Shown here piece by piece: positions 8,837-18,775 of a stretch of DNA of 46,303 nt. The position numbers were made by a program, and so were the translations under genes. The DNA comes from a virus. Taxonomy: Duplodnaviria > Caudoviricetes. The DNA is taken from positions 1 to 46,303 of the IMG/VR virus record IMGVR_UViG_3300016666_000387, one strand, 5' to 3'. Under the pieces are notes generated by a model, which had not been told where the DNA came from, did no database searches, and saw only the letters and a list, made by a program, of their open reading frames with translations. How positions within the stretch are numbered: the stretch's first letter is position 1; each line of letters starts with the position of its first letter.

Positions 8837-9375
8837 CTACCACCGTCGTCCAGGACCATACCGCCGAGCTGATGCGCAGTATCCGCCAGCTCGTCAAGCG
8901 CGAGGTCCTGGTCGGCATCCCTTCGGACAAAACCGAACGCATGGCACAGGGCGAGGCGATCAACAATGCCACCATCGGTTACATCATGGAACACGGCAGC
9001 CCGGCCAAGAATATCCCCGCACGCCCCCACCTGATCCCTGGTATCGCCAATGCGCGCCCGGCCATCCTTGAACGCTTCGAGAAAGCTGCGCGCGCCGGCC
9101 TGCAGGGCGATGTGGCCGAGGCGGATCGACAGCTATCGGCTGCGGGCATGCTGGCCGCGAGTAGCGTCAAGGCCTTGATCACGGCGGGGCTGTCGCCAGC
9201 GCTGGCCGACGCTACCCTCGCCTCGCGCGTGCGCCGCAACCGGGCCGCCAAAGGGGCCGCTGCCGAGCTGGCGCGCCGCGCGCAAGGCATCGCGCCGGGT
9301 AGCGACTTGGCCAAACCCCTGATAGAATCGGGGCAATACCGCAACGCAATCACCTACGTCCTAAAAACCAAATGA
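8833..9375 (+). CDS. Neck/tail completion protein
   Basis: GTG start overlapping the upstream stop; VLVGIP, NATIGYIMEHGSP..NIPARP and KPLIESGQ motifs. Confidence 0.8.
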   Translation: MTTTVVQDHTAELMRSIRQLVKREVLVGIPSDKTERMAQGEAINNATIGYIMEHGSPAKNIPARPHLIPGIANARPAILERFEKAARAGLQGDVAEADRQLSAAGMLAASSVKALITAGLSPALADATLASRVRRNRAAKGAAAELARRAQGIAPGSDLAKPLIESGQYRNAITYVLKTK

Positions 9376-9719
9376 TCGACCTCTCCGAAGTGGTGAACGA
9401 CCCTGAACTTGGCGCCCGCCTGCTGGAGCTGCGCCGCGTCGTGCAGACGGTCAACGGGCGGGGCCGCGCGGTCAATACGGAAACGCCCTATCCCTTCACC
9501 GGTTGCATCACGATGGACAAAGCGGCCATCTTGGAGCGTATCGCCGACGGCGAATACATTACCGGCTCGATCCTGGTGACATGCCAGACGCAGATCAGCG
9601 CAGGTGATGTGATTGTCTGGGACGGCAAGCGCTATAGCGCCATGACCGTCAGCGATTATCTGTGGCATGGCGTCAACTGGGTTGTCGGCGTGCCTGACGG
9701 CGTAGGCGGTGCTGGATGA
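9372..9719 (+). CDS. Head closure/stopper protein
   Basis: MIDLSEVVNDPE..., DVIVWDGKRY; position in the neck cluster. Confidence 0.75.
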   Translation: MIDLSEVVNDPELGARLLELRRVVQTVNGRGRAVNTETPYPFTGCITMDKAAILERIADGEYITGSILVTCQTQISAGDVIVWDGKRYSAMTVSDYLWHGVNWVVGVPDGVGGAG

Positions 9720-10297
9720 GCACCAGCGCGACCGGCGGCTACCTGTCGCCCACATCGGCAGCGCCTGATGAGGACGCGGCTCTTGATGATGACCTGACCG
9801 AGGCTGTCGAAGGTATCACCGGCTTGCCGGGCGACCTGGTGCGCCCACGTTGGCAGCCGAAGCCGCCCAAGATGCCCGCGCCTGATATCGACTGGTGCGC
9901 CATCGGCGTGGCTGACGACGATACGACGCCAGGATACCCATACCTCGCGCATGACGGGACCGCCGGCGGCTCCAGCACGCAAAGCACTGCCGAGCAGATG
10001 ACCGTCTTGGCCAGCTTCTACGGCCCCAATGCGCGCGCTTTCACCAAGCTGCTGCGCGATGGTCTGTTTCTCGACCAGAATCGGGAACAGCTCAAATTGA
10101 AGGGCCTTTTCTTTGTCGCTCCGGGTAAAATCACGGCAGCGCCTGAATTGATTGATGCGCAGTGGTATCGGCGGTATGATTTGCCCTTATACTTCCGTCG
10201 TACTGTGGCGCGCACTTACGCCATTTTGAATATTGAATCTGCCAGCGTTGACGTCTCTTCGGACGCCCCGCCGGACCACCTCATCATAGGGACATAA
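9716..10297 (+). CDS. Tail terminator/neck protein
   Basis: TGGYL, GITGLPGDLVRPRWQP, ASFYGP and WYRRYD motifs; precedes the sheath gene. Confidence 0.8.
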   Translation: MSTSATGGYLSPTSAAPDEDAALDDDLTEAVEGITGLPGDLVRPRWQPKPPKMPAPDIDWCAIGVADDDTTPGYPYLAHDGTAGGSSTQSTAEQMTVLASFYGPNARAFTKLLRDGLFLDQNREQLKLKGLFFVAPGKITAAPELIDAQWYRRYDLPLYFRRTVARTYAILNIESASVDVSSDAPPDHLIIGT

Positions 10298-10298
10298 C

Positions 10299-11807
10299 AT
10301 GGCTACCCCCAAACTTTCCGCCTCGCGGCTCGTCTTCGTCAGCGTCGTACTGACGGCCCTCGCCGCCCAGGCGCAAAACTTGTCAAGCCTGTTGGTCGCT
10401 TCCTCGTCGCCGGTCATCGACACGAGCGAGCGGGTGCGCACCTATGCCTCTCTCTCCGAAGTAGGTACGGCTTTCGGCATGAACGGCCCTGAGTACGGCT
10501 GTGCGCAAGCTTGGTTCGCCCAAGTGCCGCAGCCGCGCGAGATCAAGATTGGCCGTTGGGCCAAGACCGCAACGGCCGGCAAACTGGTCGGCGCAACCCT
10601 CACGGAGCCCAACCGGGTATTGTCGGCCTGGACGGGCATCACCACCGGGTCGTTTAAGATCGGCATGGACGCCATCGCCCCGGTCGACGTGGCCGGGTTG
10701 ACCTTCGCGGGCGCCGCCAATTTCAACGCAATCGCGGGCTTGATCCAGACCGCAGTGCGCGCAGCGAACGCCGCATTCGCCGCGGCGACCGTCACGTACA
10801 ACGCCCAGTTTACCCGTTTCGAGTTTCAAAGCGGTACGACGGGCGTAGCGAGTCAAGTCTCGTTTCTGGCCGCTGCGGCAACGGGCGTTAATATCTCGGG
10901 CATGCTGGGGGGCACGTCCACCTCGGGCGGCTACCAAGCCCCAGGCGTGGACGCCGAGTCGGCTGCGGGTGCTGCGCTGATCTTCGACGCCCAGTACGGC
11001 CAAACCTTTTATGGCCTGATGTTCCCCGAAGCCGTGGCCGCCGATCAATTGGCTGTCGCTCTTTTTATCGAAGCGACGGACAATAAACACGTCTTCGGCG
11101 TCACGAGTCAGGACCAAACGGAGCTGGCGGGTGTCTCGAACACCAGCAGCATCGGGTACCAGCTGGCGCAAGCCAAGCTGAACAAGACCCTGTGGCAGTA
11201 CTCCAGCACAAGCCCTTATGCGGTGGCGTCGTTGCTGGGCCGCGCGCTCACGGTCAATTACAACGGCAACAACACCGTCATCACGCTGATGTGGAAGCAA
11301 GAGCCGAGCATCGTTGCGGAAACCTTGAACGGCCAGCAAATGCTCAATTTGCGGGCGAACAACGGCAATGTGTTCGTGGCGTACAACAACAATACGACCA
11401 TCATCGAGCCGGGCATCATGGCTTCGGGCGAGTTCATCGACACGATTACCGGCGCCGATGCCTTCGCGGTCAACGTCATGAACGACGTGTACAACTTGCT
11501 CTATACAACCCCGACCAAGATCCCGCAAACGGACGCAGGCAACCATGTGATTGCCACGACCATTGCGGCGTCGTGCTCGCGCTTCTCCACGAATGGTTAC
11601 ATCGCGCCCGGTATCTGGGATCAAGCCGGTTTCGGCACGCTGGAGCAAGGCGACTACATGGCGCAAGGCTTCTACGTGTACGCGCCGCCAATTGCTTCCC
11701 AGTCGCAGGCCGACCGCCAGGCGCGCAAGTCCGTGCCGTTCCAAGTCGCGGCCAAGTGCGCCGGCGCGATTCACACGGTAGACGTCATCCTCAACATCTC
11801 GCGCTAA
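10299..11807 (+). CDS. Tail sheath protein (DUF3383)
   Basis: 502 aa; IGRWAKT, TLMWKQEP, KIPQTDAG, RQARKS and AGAIHTVDV motifs. Confidence 0.92.
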   Translation: MATPKLSASRLVFVSVVLTALAAQAQNLSSLLVASSSPVIDTSERVRTYASLSEVGTAFGMNGPEYGCAQAWFAQVPQPREIKIGRWAKTATAGKLVGATLTEPNRVLSAWTGITTGSFKIGMDAIAPVDVAGLTFAGAANFNAIAGLIQTAVRAANAAFAAATVTYNAQFTRFEFQSGTTGVASQVSFLAAAATGVNISGMLGGTSTSGGYQAPGVDAESAAGAALIFDAQYGQTFYGLMFPEAVAADQLAVALFIEATDNKHVFGVTSQDQTELAGVSNTSSIGYQLAQAKLNKTLWQYSSTSPYAVASLLGRALTVNYNGNNTVITLMWKQEPSIVAETLNGQQMLNLRANNGNVFVAYNNNTTIIEPGIMASGEFIDTITGADAFAVNVMNDVYNLLYTTPTKIPQTDAGNHVIATTIAASCSRFSTNGYIAPGIWDQAGFGTLEQGDYMAQGFYVYAPPIASQSQADRQARKSVPFQVAAKCAGAIHTVDVILNISR

Positions 11808-11817
11808 GGCCAAGACC

Positions 11818-12255
11818 ATGAAAACTTACAGCTTCCTCGATACGCAGTGCACCATCGTTGGCCCTGGCGGCGCGATCTCCGTCGGCCCAGGCGCGGGCAA
11901 CTCGAAAGAAGGTATCTCCATCGAGCCGAGCCAGGACGTCAATGCGATGACCGTGGGCGCCGATGGCGAGGGCTATCACAACCTGCACGCGGACAAGAGC
12001 GGCCGCATCACCATTCGCTTGTTGAAAACGTCGCCAGTCAACGGCCAGTTGTCGCTGATGTACAACGTGCAGCGCGCCAGCTCGGCGGCCTGGGGTCAGA
12101 ATACGATCGCCTTGACCAACAACACGTTGGGCGATGCGATTACCTGCCAGAACGTGGCGTTCGGCCGTGTGCCAACGCTGACCTATGCAGAAGATGGCGC
12201 ATTCAATGAATGGCGCTTCGACTCCATCAAGATCGACATGGGCCTGGGTAAATAA
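11818..12255 (+). CDS. Tail tube protein (DUF3277)
   Basis: TYSFLD, EGISI, MTVGADGEG and SGRITIRLLKTSPVN motifs. Confidence 0.88.
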   Translation: MKTYSFLDTQCTIVGPGGAISVGPGAGNSKEGISIEPSQDVNAMTVGADGEGYHNLHADKSGRITIRLLKTSPVNGQLSLMYNVQRASSAAWGQNTIALTNNTLGDAITCQNVAFGRVPTLTYAEDGAFNEWRFDSIKIDMGLGK

Positions 12256-12707
12256 TGGAAATCACTCTCAACGGCATCAAGTATTCGTCCATCCGCCTCG
12301 ACGCGTTCAAGCAGTTCCACATCGCGCGCCGCTTGGCGCCGGTCGTGCTGTCGCTGGGTATGGGCGCCGCGCTGATGATGAAATTCAAGGAATCCGTGGC
12401 CTCCGCGACGCCAAAGACGGAAGCAGCCGAAGCGCAAGACGACCTGGCCGCGATGGCCACGGCAGGCAAGCCTATCGCCGACGTCCTGGCCGCCATGAGC
12501 GACGCGGACAGCGAGTACGTGCTCAAGCTGTGCCTCGGCTCGGTATCACGCGAACTTGGCGGCGGCGCGGGCTTCGGCCCTATCCTGACCTCTGGCGGCG
12601 CGCTCCAATACAGCGACCTCGGCCTGATTCAAATGCTGCAGCTGACGCACGCCGTGGTCATGGAGAATCTGGGAAATTTTATGCCCGCCCCGCCAACCGC
12701 ACCATAA
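12255..12707 (+). CDS. Tail assembly chaperone (G-like)
   Basis: LDAFKQFHIARRLAP...ENLGNF; between tube and tape measure; ends in a slippery sequence. Confidence 0.85.
   Translation: MEITLNGIKYSSIRLDAFKQFHIARRLAPVVLSLGMGAALMMKFKESVASATPKTEAAEAQDDLAAMATAGKPIADVLAAMSDADSEYVLKLCLGSVSRELGGGAGFGPILTSGGALQYSDLGLIQMLQLTHAVVMENLGNFMPAPPTAP
12671..12680 (+). other. Programmed -1 ribosomal frameshift site
   Basis: G GGA AAT and A AAT TTT heptamers in phase with 12255-12707; the -1 frame is open to 12916. Confidence 0.75.
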
Positions 12708-12742
12708 ATAACCGCGACTCGACGGGGCCAAAACTGGCCAGC

Positions 12743-12916
12743 ATGTTGGATGGTGAGAGCTGGCTTTTACGCCCCGTCACGCATCATCTTTGTTCCTATG
12801 AGAGCTTGAAAGATGGCAGCGTTGACCTGGCGGACATCGCCCGCATGAACGAGTCCATTGACGTGGACAACGAAAACCGTATTCGCCTCACCGAATGGGC
12901 TGAAAAAAATGGCTGA
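12743..12916 (+). CDS. Tail assembly chaperone T segment (probably expressed as a G-T frameshift fusion)
   Basis: MLDGESWLLRPV...YESLKDGSVDLADIARMNE, in the -1 frame relative to the chaperone. Confidence 0.75.
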   Translation: MLDGESWLLRPVTHHLCSYESLKDGSVDLADIARMNESIDVDNENRIRLTEWAEKNG

Positions 12917-14633
12917 GGAAAGCACTCTCAAGGAATTTTTGATCAAGCTCGGCTTTAAAGTCGATGAGCCCGGCATCAAGAAATTCTCTTCCAGCGTCGA
13001 GGATGTGACCAAGATCGCCTTGACCACGGGCAAAGCCGTGCTGGGCGTGGGCATCGCCGCGCAGGCCATGGTCGTTAATTTCTCCAATGCCATGGAGAAG
13101 CTGTACTACTCCTCGCGCCGCACGGGCGCTGCAGTTGAGAACATCCAGGCGCTTGAATTTGGATCCAAAAAGGTCGGCATTGCCGCCGGCGTGGCCCAGG
13201 CTGCGCTGGAGCAAATGACGTCCGCCGCGCGGGTCAATCCGGGCCTACGCGGGCTCATGGACCAAATGCTCGGCAAGTCCACGGCGGGCATGGACCAGGC
13301 CACGGTCATGCTGGACTTGGTGCAAAAGCTTTCCGACCTGCCCCACCACCAGGGCGCGCAGTTCGCGGGCATGTTCGGCATTGACGAGAAAACGTTCTTG
13401 ATGATGAAGCAAGGCATGCCCGAGCTGCTGGCTGCCGAAAAAGAACGCTTGGCCTTGAACAAGAATCTTGGCCTTGACATGCAGGAAGCCGCGCGCGCCG
13501 GCATGGAGTACGCCAATTCTTTGCGCGACATCACCGAACGCGTGGGCGTGCTGTCCGCCAAGATCTCGGTCGAGCTGTTGCCCGCGTTTCGTATCCTGAA
13601 CTCAGAAATTGTCAAAGGCCTTGATGCTCTCGGCAAATTCGAGTTATCCAAACACCCGCGTACCGAGGGAGTGCTTAAAGCCGCGGGCCAGGCGGCCTCT
13701 GGCGTTATGCGGCTCGATCCTAACCAGGTTGACTTGGGGCTCAAAGGTCTGTTGATGAATTCCCCCGCAGCCGCGATTGTCGGCGGCGTGGTCGATTGGC
13801 GGGAACAGCGCCGCGCAGAAGAAGCGGGGAAACCCCTGCTCACCCCACAAGAGCGCTATGAAGCCGCCATGAAGGAGGACGCGCGCCAGCGCGCTTTGCC
13901 GCCCGGCCCTCGATACCAACACAATGGCCTCATCGGTTCCATGTGGGATTGGGCGGCCGACAAGTACACGGGATGGCAGCGCAACGCCCGAGGTCAAGCG
14001 CCTTTGCCGCCGCGCCTTCCTATGCCCGAGGCGCCCACGGTGTCGGCTCCTGTCGCGCCGGAAAAGGACCGCGCCGGACCGGCTGGCCCGAATGGCGTGA
14101 CCGGCAATACCCCTATCGGCGTGCGCCAGAACAACCCGGGCAATTTGCGCAGTTGGGGCAATACTCCGACGCAAGGCGGCTTTGCCAATTTCGGCACCGC
14201 GCAAGAGGGGCTGTCCGCCATGGCAGCCAATTTGGTCACGTACTATTCGAAGTACGGCGCCAAGAGCATCAATTCGATTGCAGAAAAATGGGCGCCTCGG
14301 AGCGAAAACGACACGGCTGGATACGCCGCCGCCATCTCCAACCGCTTGGGCGTCAAAGGGGCGGACCAGCTGAATTTGAAAGACCCTGCGGTGCTGGCCA
14401 AAGTCATGGACGCCATGATCAAGCAGGAACAAGGGTACAATCCCTACGGCGCCAATGAGCTGATGAGCGCCGCCAGGGCGCGTACCGGGGCGGCCCCCGT
14501 GACCGTCGACCAGAAAACCGAGGTGCACGTGCACGGCGTCAATGACCCGCGTGCGGCCGCCGCCGAAGTAGAACGCGCCCAGCGCGGCGTGAATGCCGAC
14601 GTGGTGCGAAACTTGAAAGGTGCGGTGCGATGA
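12909..14633 (+). CDS. Tape measure protein with C-terminal lysozyme-like domain
   Basis: TLKEFLIKLGFKVD N-terminus, helical body, RQNNPGNLR...KWAPRSENDT...IKQEQG domain. Confidence 0.88.
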   Translation: MAEESTLKEFLIKLGFKVDEPGIKKFSSSVEDVTKIALTTGKAVLGVGIAAQAMVVNFSNAMEKLYYSSRRTGAAVENIQALEFGSKKVGIAAGVAQAALEQMTSAARVNPGLRGLMDQMLGKSTAGMDQATVMLDLVQKLSDLPHHQGAQFAGMFGIDEKTFLMMKQGMPELLAAEKERLALNKNLGLDMQEAARAGMEYANSLRDITERVGVLSAKISVELLPAFRILNSEIVKGLDALGKFELSKHPRTEGVLKAAGQAASGVMRLDPNQVDLGLKGLLMNSPAAAIVGGVVDWREQRRAEEAGKPLLTPQERYEAAMKEDARQRALPPGPRYQHNGLIGSMWDWAADKYTGWQRNARGQAPLPPRLPMPEAPTVSAPVAPEKDRAGPAGPNGVTGNTPIGVRQNNPGNLRSWGNTPTQGGFANFGTAQEGLSAMAANLVTYYSKYGAKSINSIAEKWAPRSENDTAGYAAAISNRLGVKGADQLNLKDPAVLAKVMDAMIKQEQGYNPYGANELMSAARARTGAAPVTVDQKTEVHVHGVNDPRAAAAEVERAQRGVNADVVRNLKGAVR

Positions 14634-15331
14634 GTTTGGGATTTGTTCTGCCAGTCCTGTCGATAGGCTTGGGCTCTTTGAGCATCCGGCCTAAACGCGG
14701 CTTTTTCCCTGCCAGCGGCAAAGGGGCGAATCTTATCGCCCGCGCTACGCTGCGCGAGGTGCATCGGGACACGTTGGAGATCAGCGACCACCCTATCGAG
14801 CAAGGCGCAGCGATCAGCGACCACGCTTTCAAGCGGCCGGCGGAGGTCGTCATCGAGTGCGGGTGGTCAAATACCCCTTCTCTTCCTGGCGGGATTCGGG
14901 GCACCGCAACGGCGCTGATCGGTAATGCAATCCCTATCGCAGGCGCGGCGCTGGCGGCCCTCGACACTATCGGCACGGTCCAGTCCCTCATGAACGGGAA
15001 TGCTGTCGATCAGGTGCGCGCCACGTACCAGCAGTTGCTGGAGCTGCAATCCTCGCGTATCCCCTTTGACATCTACACGGGCAAGCGCGTCTACAAGAAC
15101 ATGTTGTTCCGCGAGCTCATGACGACGACCGAGGCCGCGACCGAAAACAGCTTGCTGATTACTGCGACATGCCGCCAGGTCATCTTGGTGGCGACGCGCA
15201 CCGTAACCATCCCGATCAACACCAGCGCCCAAGCGGACGCCCCGAAAACAACACCCACGGCGGACCTGGGGCAAAAAACGCTCAACAAAGTGACCGACGC
15301 AGTCAGCCGTCGTTTAGGAACCGGACCATGA
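14630..15331 (+). CDS. Baseplate/tail tube initiator (Dit-like)
   Basis: EISDHPIEQGAAISDHAFKRP and PFDIYTGKRVYKNM motifs. Confidence 0.82.
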   Translation: MSLGFVLPVLSIGLGSLSIRPKRGFFPASGKGANLIARATLREVHRDTLEISDHPIEQGAAISDHAFKRPAEVVIECGWSNTPSLPGGIRGTATALIGNAIPIAGAALAALDTIGTVQSLMNGNAVDQVRATYQQLLELQSSRIPFDIYTGKRVYKNMLFRELMTTTEAATENSLLITATCRQVILVATRTVTIPINTSAQADAPKTTPTADLGQKTLNKVTDAVSRRLGTGP

Positions 15332-15639
15332 GCACGGCTTTAGAAATACCGCTGGCCGCCGCGCCGCAGAAAATCACAATCGCCTTGGGCGGCGTGGCGT
15401 ACCGGCTTGTCTTTGTCTGGAACGGCGCCAGCGCCTGCTGGGTGCTGGATATCTACTCGGCCGATAGCGCCCCGATCTTGCTCGGGGTGCCGCTCGTGAC
15501 GGGCGCGGACCTGCTGGCGCAATACGAGTACTTAGGCTTTGGCGGCCAGCTGGTCGTGCAGTCCGACCCCGATCCCGACGTCGTGCCCTCCTTTACGACG
15601 CTCGGCTCGACCGGGCACGTCTACTGGGTTCAGCCATGA
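15328..15639 (+). CDS. Baseplate protein
   Basis: MSTALEIPL...WVLDI...GVPLVTGADLLAQYEYLG. Confidence 0.8.
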   Translation: MSTALEIPLAAAPQKITIALGGVAYRLVFVWNGASACWVLDIYSADSAPILLGVPLVTGADLLAQYEYLGFGGQLVVQSDPDPDVVPSFTTLGSTGHVYWVQP

Positions 15640-16601
15640 CGACTCAAGAGAATACGCAATACCTGCGGCGCGGCAATCTCTACGTGGTCGGCGCCGGCGA
15701 TGACCAGGGCCTCGATTTATCGGAAATGCATTTCACCTTCAAGGTGACCGCATCCGATGAGCAAAGCCCCAATACCGCGATGATCCGCGTCTACAACTTG
15801 AAAGCGGACACGGTGCGGGCCATCACGGGTAAAAGCCCCGTGGAATACACGCGCGTGGTGCTGCAGGCAGGATACGAAAACGGCCCGTATGGCGTCATTT
15901 TTGACGGCACTATCAAGCAGTTTCGCAAGGGCCGCGAGAACGCCACCGACACGTACCTGGACATCCTGGCCGCATCCGGCGACGTCGAATACAACTGGGG
16001 CGTGGTCAACAAGACCCTTGCCGCCGGCTCAACCGCTAACGAGCGCGCTGCGGCCATTGCCGAAGGAATGGGGCTCTCCATAGGCCACGCTGCGGCAAGC
16101 CCGACTGGCGGCGTCCTGCCGCGCGGCAAAGTGCTGTGGGGCATGGGCCGCGACATGATGCGCAATGAGGCAGTCTCGCGCAGCGCCTCTTGGACGATCC
16201 AAGACGGCAAGGTCAACATCGTGGCCCTGACCGGGTATCTCCCAGGCGAGGCGGTCGTCCTCAACATGCATACCGGCCTGGTGGGCGTGCCTGAGCAAAC
16301 CCAGGACGGCGTGCGCGCGCGGTGTTTGATCAACCCGCGCCTGCGCATAAGCGGCCTGGTGCAGATCGACAATACCTCGATCAATCAGCTCTTGGCTCAA
16401 GAATCCCAGAAGCTTTCTGTGGGACAGGTGTCGTATAATCAGTGGGCAGGCCTGCAGTTCCCCGCGGATGTCACCAATGATGGTTTTTACCGTCTGTATG
16501 TGATCGAATATACGGGCGATTCGCGCGGGCAGGATTGGTACTGCGATTTGATCGGCCTGGCAGTCGACCCCTCAACGCAAACGGTGAAAGCATATGGATA
16601 G
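15636..16601 (+). CDS. Baseplate hub protein
   Basis: PNTAMIRVYNL, LQAGY, IFDGTI, WTIQDG and GDSRGQDWY motifs. Confidence 0.85.
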   Translation: MTTQENTQYLRRGNLYVVGAGDDQGLDLSEMHFTFKVTASDEQSPNTAMIRVYNLKADTVRAITGKSPVEYTRVVLQAGYENGPYGVIFDGTIKQFRKGRENATDTYLDILAASGDVEYNWGVVNKTLAAGSTANERAAAIAEGMGLSIGHAAASPTGGVLPRGKVLWGMGRDMMRNEAVSRSASWTIQDGKVNIVALTGYLPGEAVVLNMHTGLVGVPEQTQDGVRARCLINPRLRISGLVQIDNTSINQLLAQESQKLSVGQVSYNQWAGLQFPADVTNDGFYRLYVIEYTGDSRGQDWYCDLIGLAVDPSTQTVKAYG

Positions 16602-17247
16602 GAAAGAACGGGCCGGAAGCCATGAAGCCGCGCTACTGGACGCCCTGGACGGACGCCAGGCGGCTATTTTCACGTCCGGGCCGGGCATCATCCAAAGCTT
16701 TGATCCCGATGCGATGACTTGCTCCGTACAGCTGGCCACGCAGATGCAGCGATTCCAGAAAGATGGCTCCTGGTCCTGGGCAACGATCTCGCTCTTGACC
16801 GACGTTCCGGTGTGCTTCCCTGGCGGCGGCGGGTACACTCTGTCCTTCCCCGTAGCGCCCGGCGATGAGGCGCTGATCGTCATCGCGCACCGTTGCATCG
16901 ATGCATGGTGGCAGAACGGCGGCGTGCAGCCGCAAGCCGAATTCCGCATGCACGACCTGTCCGATGGCTTCGCCCTTCCTGGCGTGCGCTCGCAACCGCG
17001 CGTCATCCCCAACGTCAGCACCGATTCGGTGCAGCTGCGCTCCGATGACGGCCTTGCGTATATCGAGTTGGCGGACGGCCATGTTTGCAAGGTGCGCGCG
17101 CCAGGCGGGATCGATCTCAATGGCGTGACCATCGACGCCTCGGGCCACCTCACATCCCCCACGCAGGTTACAGCGGCAGGCGTTGACTTGAAAGGCCACG
17201 ACCACGCGGGCGTATCACGCGGCGGCGCGCGGACAGACCCGGCATGA
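16594..17247 (+). CDS. Baseplate central spike (Gp138-like)
   Basis: DVPVCFPGGGG, PGDE, CIDAWW and RMHDLSDG motifs; C-terminal HxH (HDH) metal site. Confidence 0.9.
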   Translation: MDRKERAGSHEAALLDALDGRQAAIFTSGPGIIQSFDPDAMTCSVQLATQMQRFQKDGSWSWATISLLTDVPVCFPGGGGYTLSFPVAPGDEALIVIAHRCIDAWWQNGGVQPQAEFRMHDLSDGFALPGVRSQPRVIPNVSTDSVQLRSDDGLAYIELADGHVCKVRAPGGIDLNGVTIDASGHLTSPTQVTAAGVDLKGHDHAGVSRGGARTDPA

Positions 17248-17597
17248 GGTACCGTGTTCTTGACGCCGATGGCGATTATTCTTTCGGGCAAGGCCCGGCT
17301 GAGTTTCTGGTTGATTCGCCCGAAACGGTAGGACAGGCGGTATTGACTCGGTTGGCTCTCTGGACGGGCGAATGGTTCCTTGACCTGCTGGAAGGCACGC
17401 CGTATGCTACGCAAGTCCTCGGGGAAAATACCAAGCCGACATATGACCAAGCCCTCCAAGAGCGGATTATTGAAACTCCGGGCGTGACCGCAATCACCGA
17501 GTACGTTAGCATTTTGCAAGGGCGCGCGTTGTACGTCAGCGCGACCATCTCGACCCTTTACGGGGCTACGACTATCCAGACCCAGGTCACCACATGA
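17244..17597 (+). CDS. Baseplate wedge protein (gp25-like position)
   Basis: MRYRVLDADGDYSFG, QAVLTRL.LWTGEWFLD and TPGV motifs. Confidence 0.85.
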   Translation: MRYRVLDADGDYSFGQGPAEFLVDSPETVGQAVLTRLALWTGEWFLDLLEGTPYATQVLGENTKPTYDQALQERIIETPGVTAITEYVSILQGRALYVSATISTLYGATTIQTQVTT

Positions 17598-18757
17598 GCT
17601 TTGCCATCCAGATCACCGAAGCCGGCGCCACTATCCCGTCCTATGCGGAAGTGCTGGCGCAGCTGCAAGACCGTTTTTACGCCATCTATGGGGCGGACGC
17701 TTATATCGCTCCCGATAGCCAGGATGGCCAGCTTCTGGCGGTTTTCGCCGAGGCCATTACCGACTGCAACCAGGGCGCGCTCGCGGCGTATAATTCATTC
17801 TCCCCGTCAACGGCCCAAGGCGCCGGCCTGTCCTCAGTTGTCAAGATCAATGGCATTGCCCGCAAGGCGGCCAGTTTTTCCTCGGTTGACGTTCTGCTGG
17901 TCGGACAAATCGGGGCCACGATTAATAGCGGGATTGTGGAAGACACGAATGGGAATAAGTGGTTGCTCCCCTTCAATGTGGTTATCCCATCCGCCGGTCA
18001 AATCATTGTCACGGCCACCGCGCAGGCGCTCGGCGCCATTACCGCGACGGCGGGGTCCGTGACCAAAATCGTCACGCCGACGTATGGCTGGCAGTCCGTC
18101 ATCAACCCAGGACCCTCCTCTCCAGGGGCGCCCGTTGAATCGGATGCGACCCTGCGTCGCAGGCAGCCGGACAGCGTAGCCTTGCCCGCCCGCACCGTAC
18201 TGGAAGGGGCAACAGGAGGCCTGAAAAATCTCAATGGCGTGGTGGCTGTGCGGCCCTACGAAAATGATACCCGGCTGACAGATGCAAATGGATTGCCGGG
18301 CAATTCCATAAGCATGGTCGTGGAAGGCGGCGACGCGCAGGCTATCGTGGATACTATTGCCCGCACGAAAACTCCAGGGACTGGCACATTCGGGACCTCT
18401 TTTGGCATTAGCATTGACAGCAACGGCGTGCCCAATACTATCCGGTTTTTCCGCCCGAGCATTACTCCGATCAAAATAGAGCTTCGGATTCAAGCGCAGG
18501 CGGGTTACTCTTCGGCGGTAGGCGATAAACTTAAAACGGCGCTTTCTGAGTATGGCTCTACCCGTGGGATTGGTGGAACGGTGTTTAATTGGGAAGAATA
18601 CGCGATTGTGCGAGAGGCTTCCCCCTCCCCTTCGTTTAAAGTATTGTCAATCACGCAGGGGTTGCTTACGGGCAGCCTTTCTGCGGGGGACCTCGCGCCT
18701 TCCTTCAATGAGCGTTATGTTTGCGCCCTCGAAGATGTGGCGGTTATCGTTATTTAA
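17594..18757 (+). CDS. Baseplate J-like wedge protein
   Basis: DSQDGQ, YNSFSPSTAQG.GL, ESDATLRRR and YENDT motifs. Confidence 0.9.
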   Translation: MSFAIQITEAGATIPSYAEVLAQLQDRFYAIYGADAYIAPDSQDGQLLAVFAEAITDCNQGALAAYNSFSPSTAQGAGLSSVVKINGIARKAASFSSVDVLLVGQIGATINSGIVEDTNGNKWLLPFNVVIPSAGQIIVTATAQALGAITATAGSVTKIVTPTYGWQSVINPGPSSPGAPVESDATLRRRQPDSVALPARTVLEGATGGLKNLNGVVAVRPYENDTRLTDANGLPGNSISMVVEGGDAQAIVDTIARTKTPGTGTFGTSFGISIDSNGVPNTIRFFRPSITPIKIELRIQAQAGYSSAVGDKLKTALSEYGSTRGIGGTVFNWEEYAIVREASPSPSFKVLSITQGLLTGSLSAGDLAPSFNERYVCALEDVAVIVI

Positions 18758-18775
18758 AATTCAAAGGTAAAGAAT

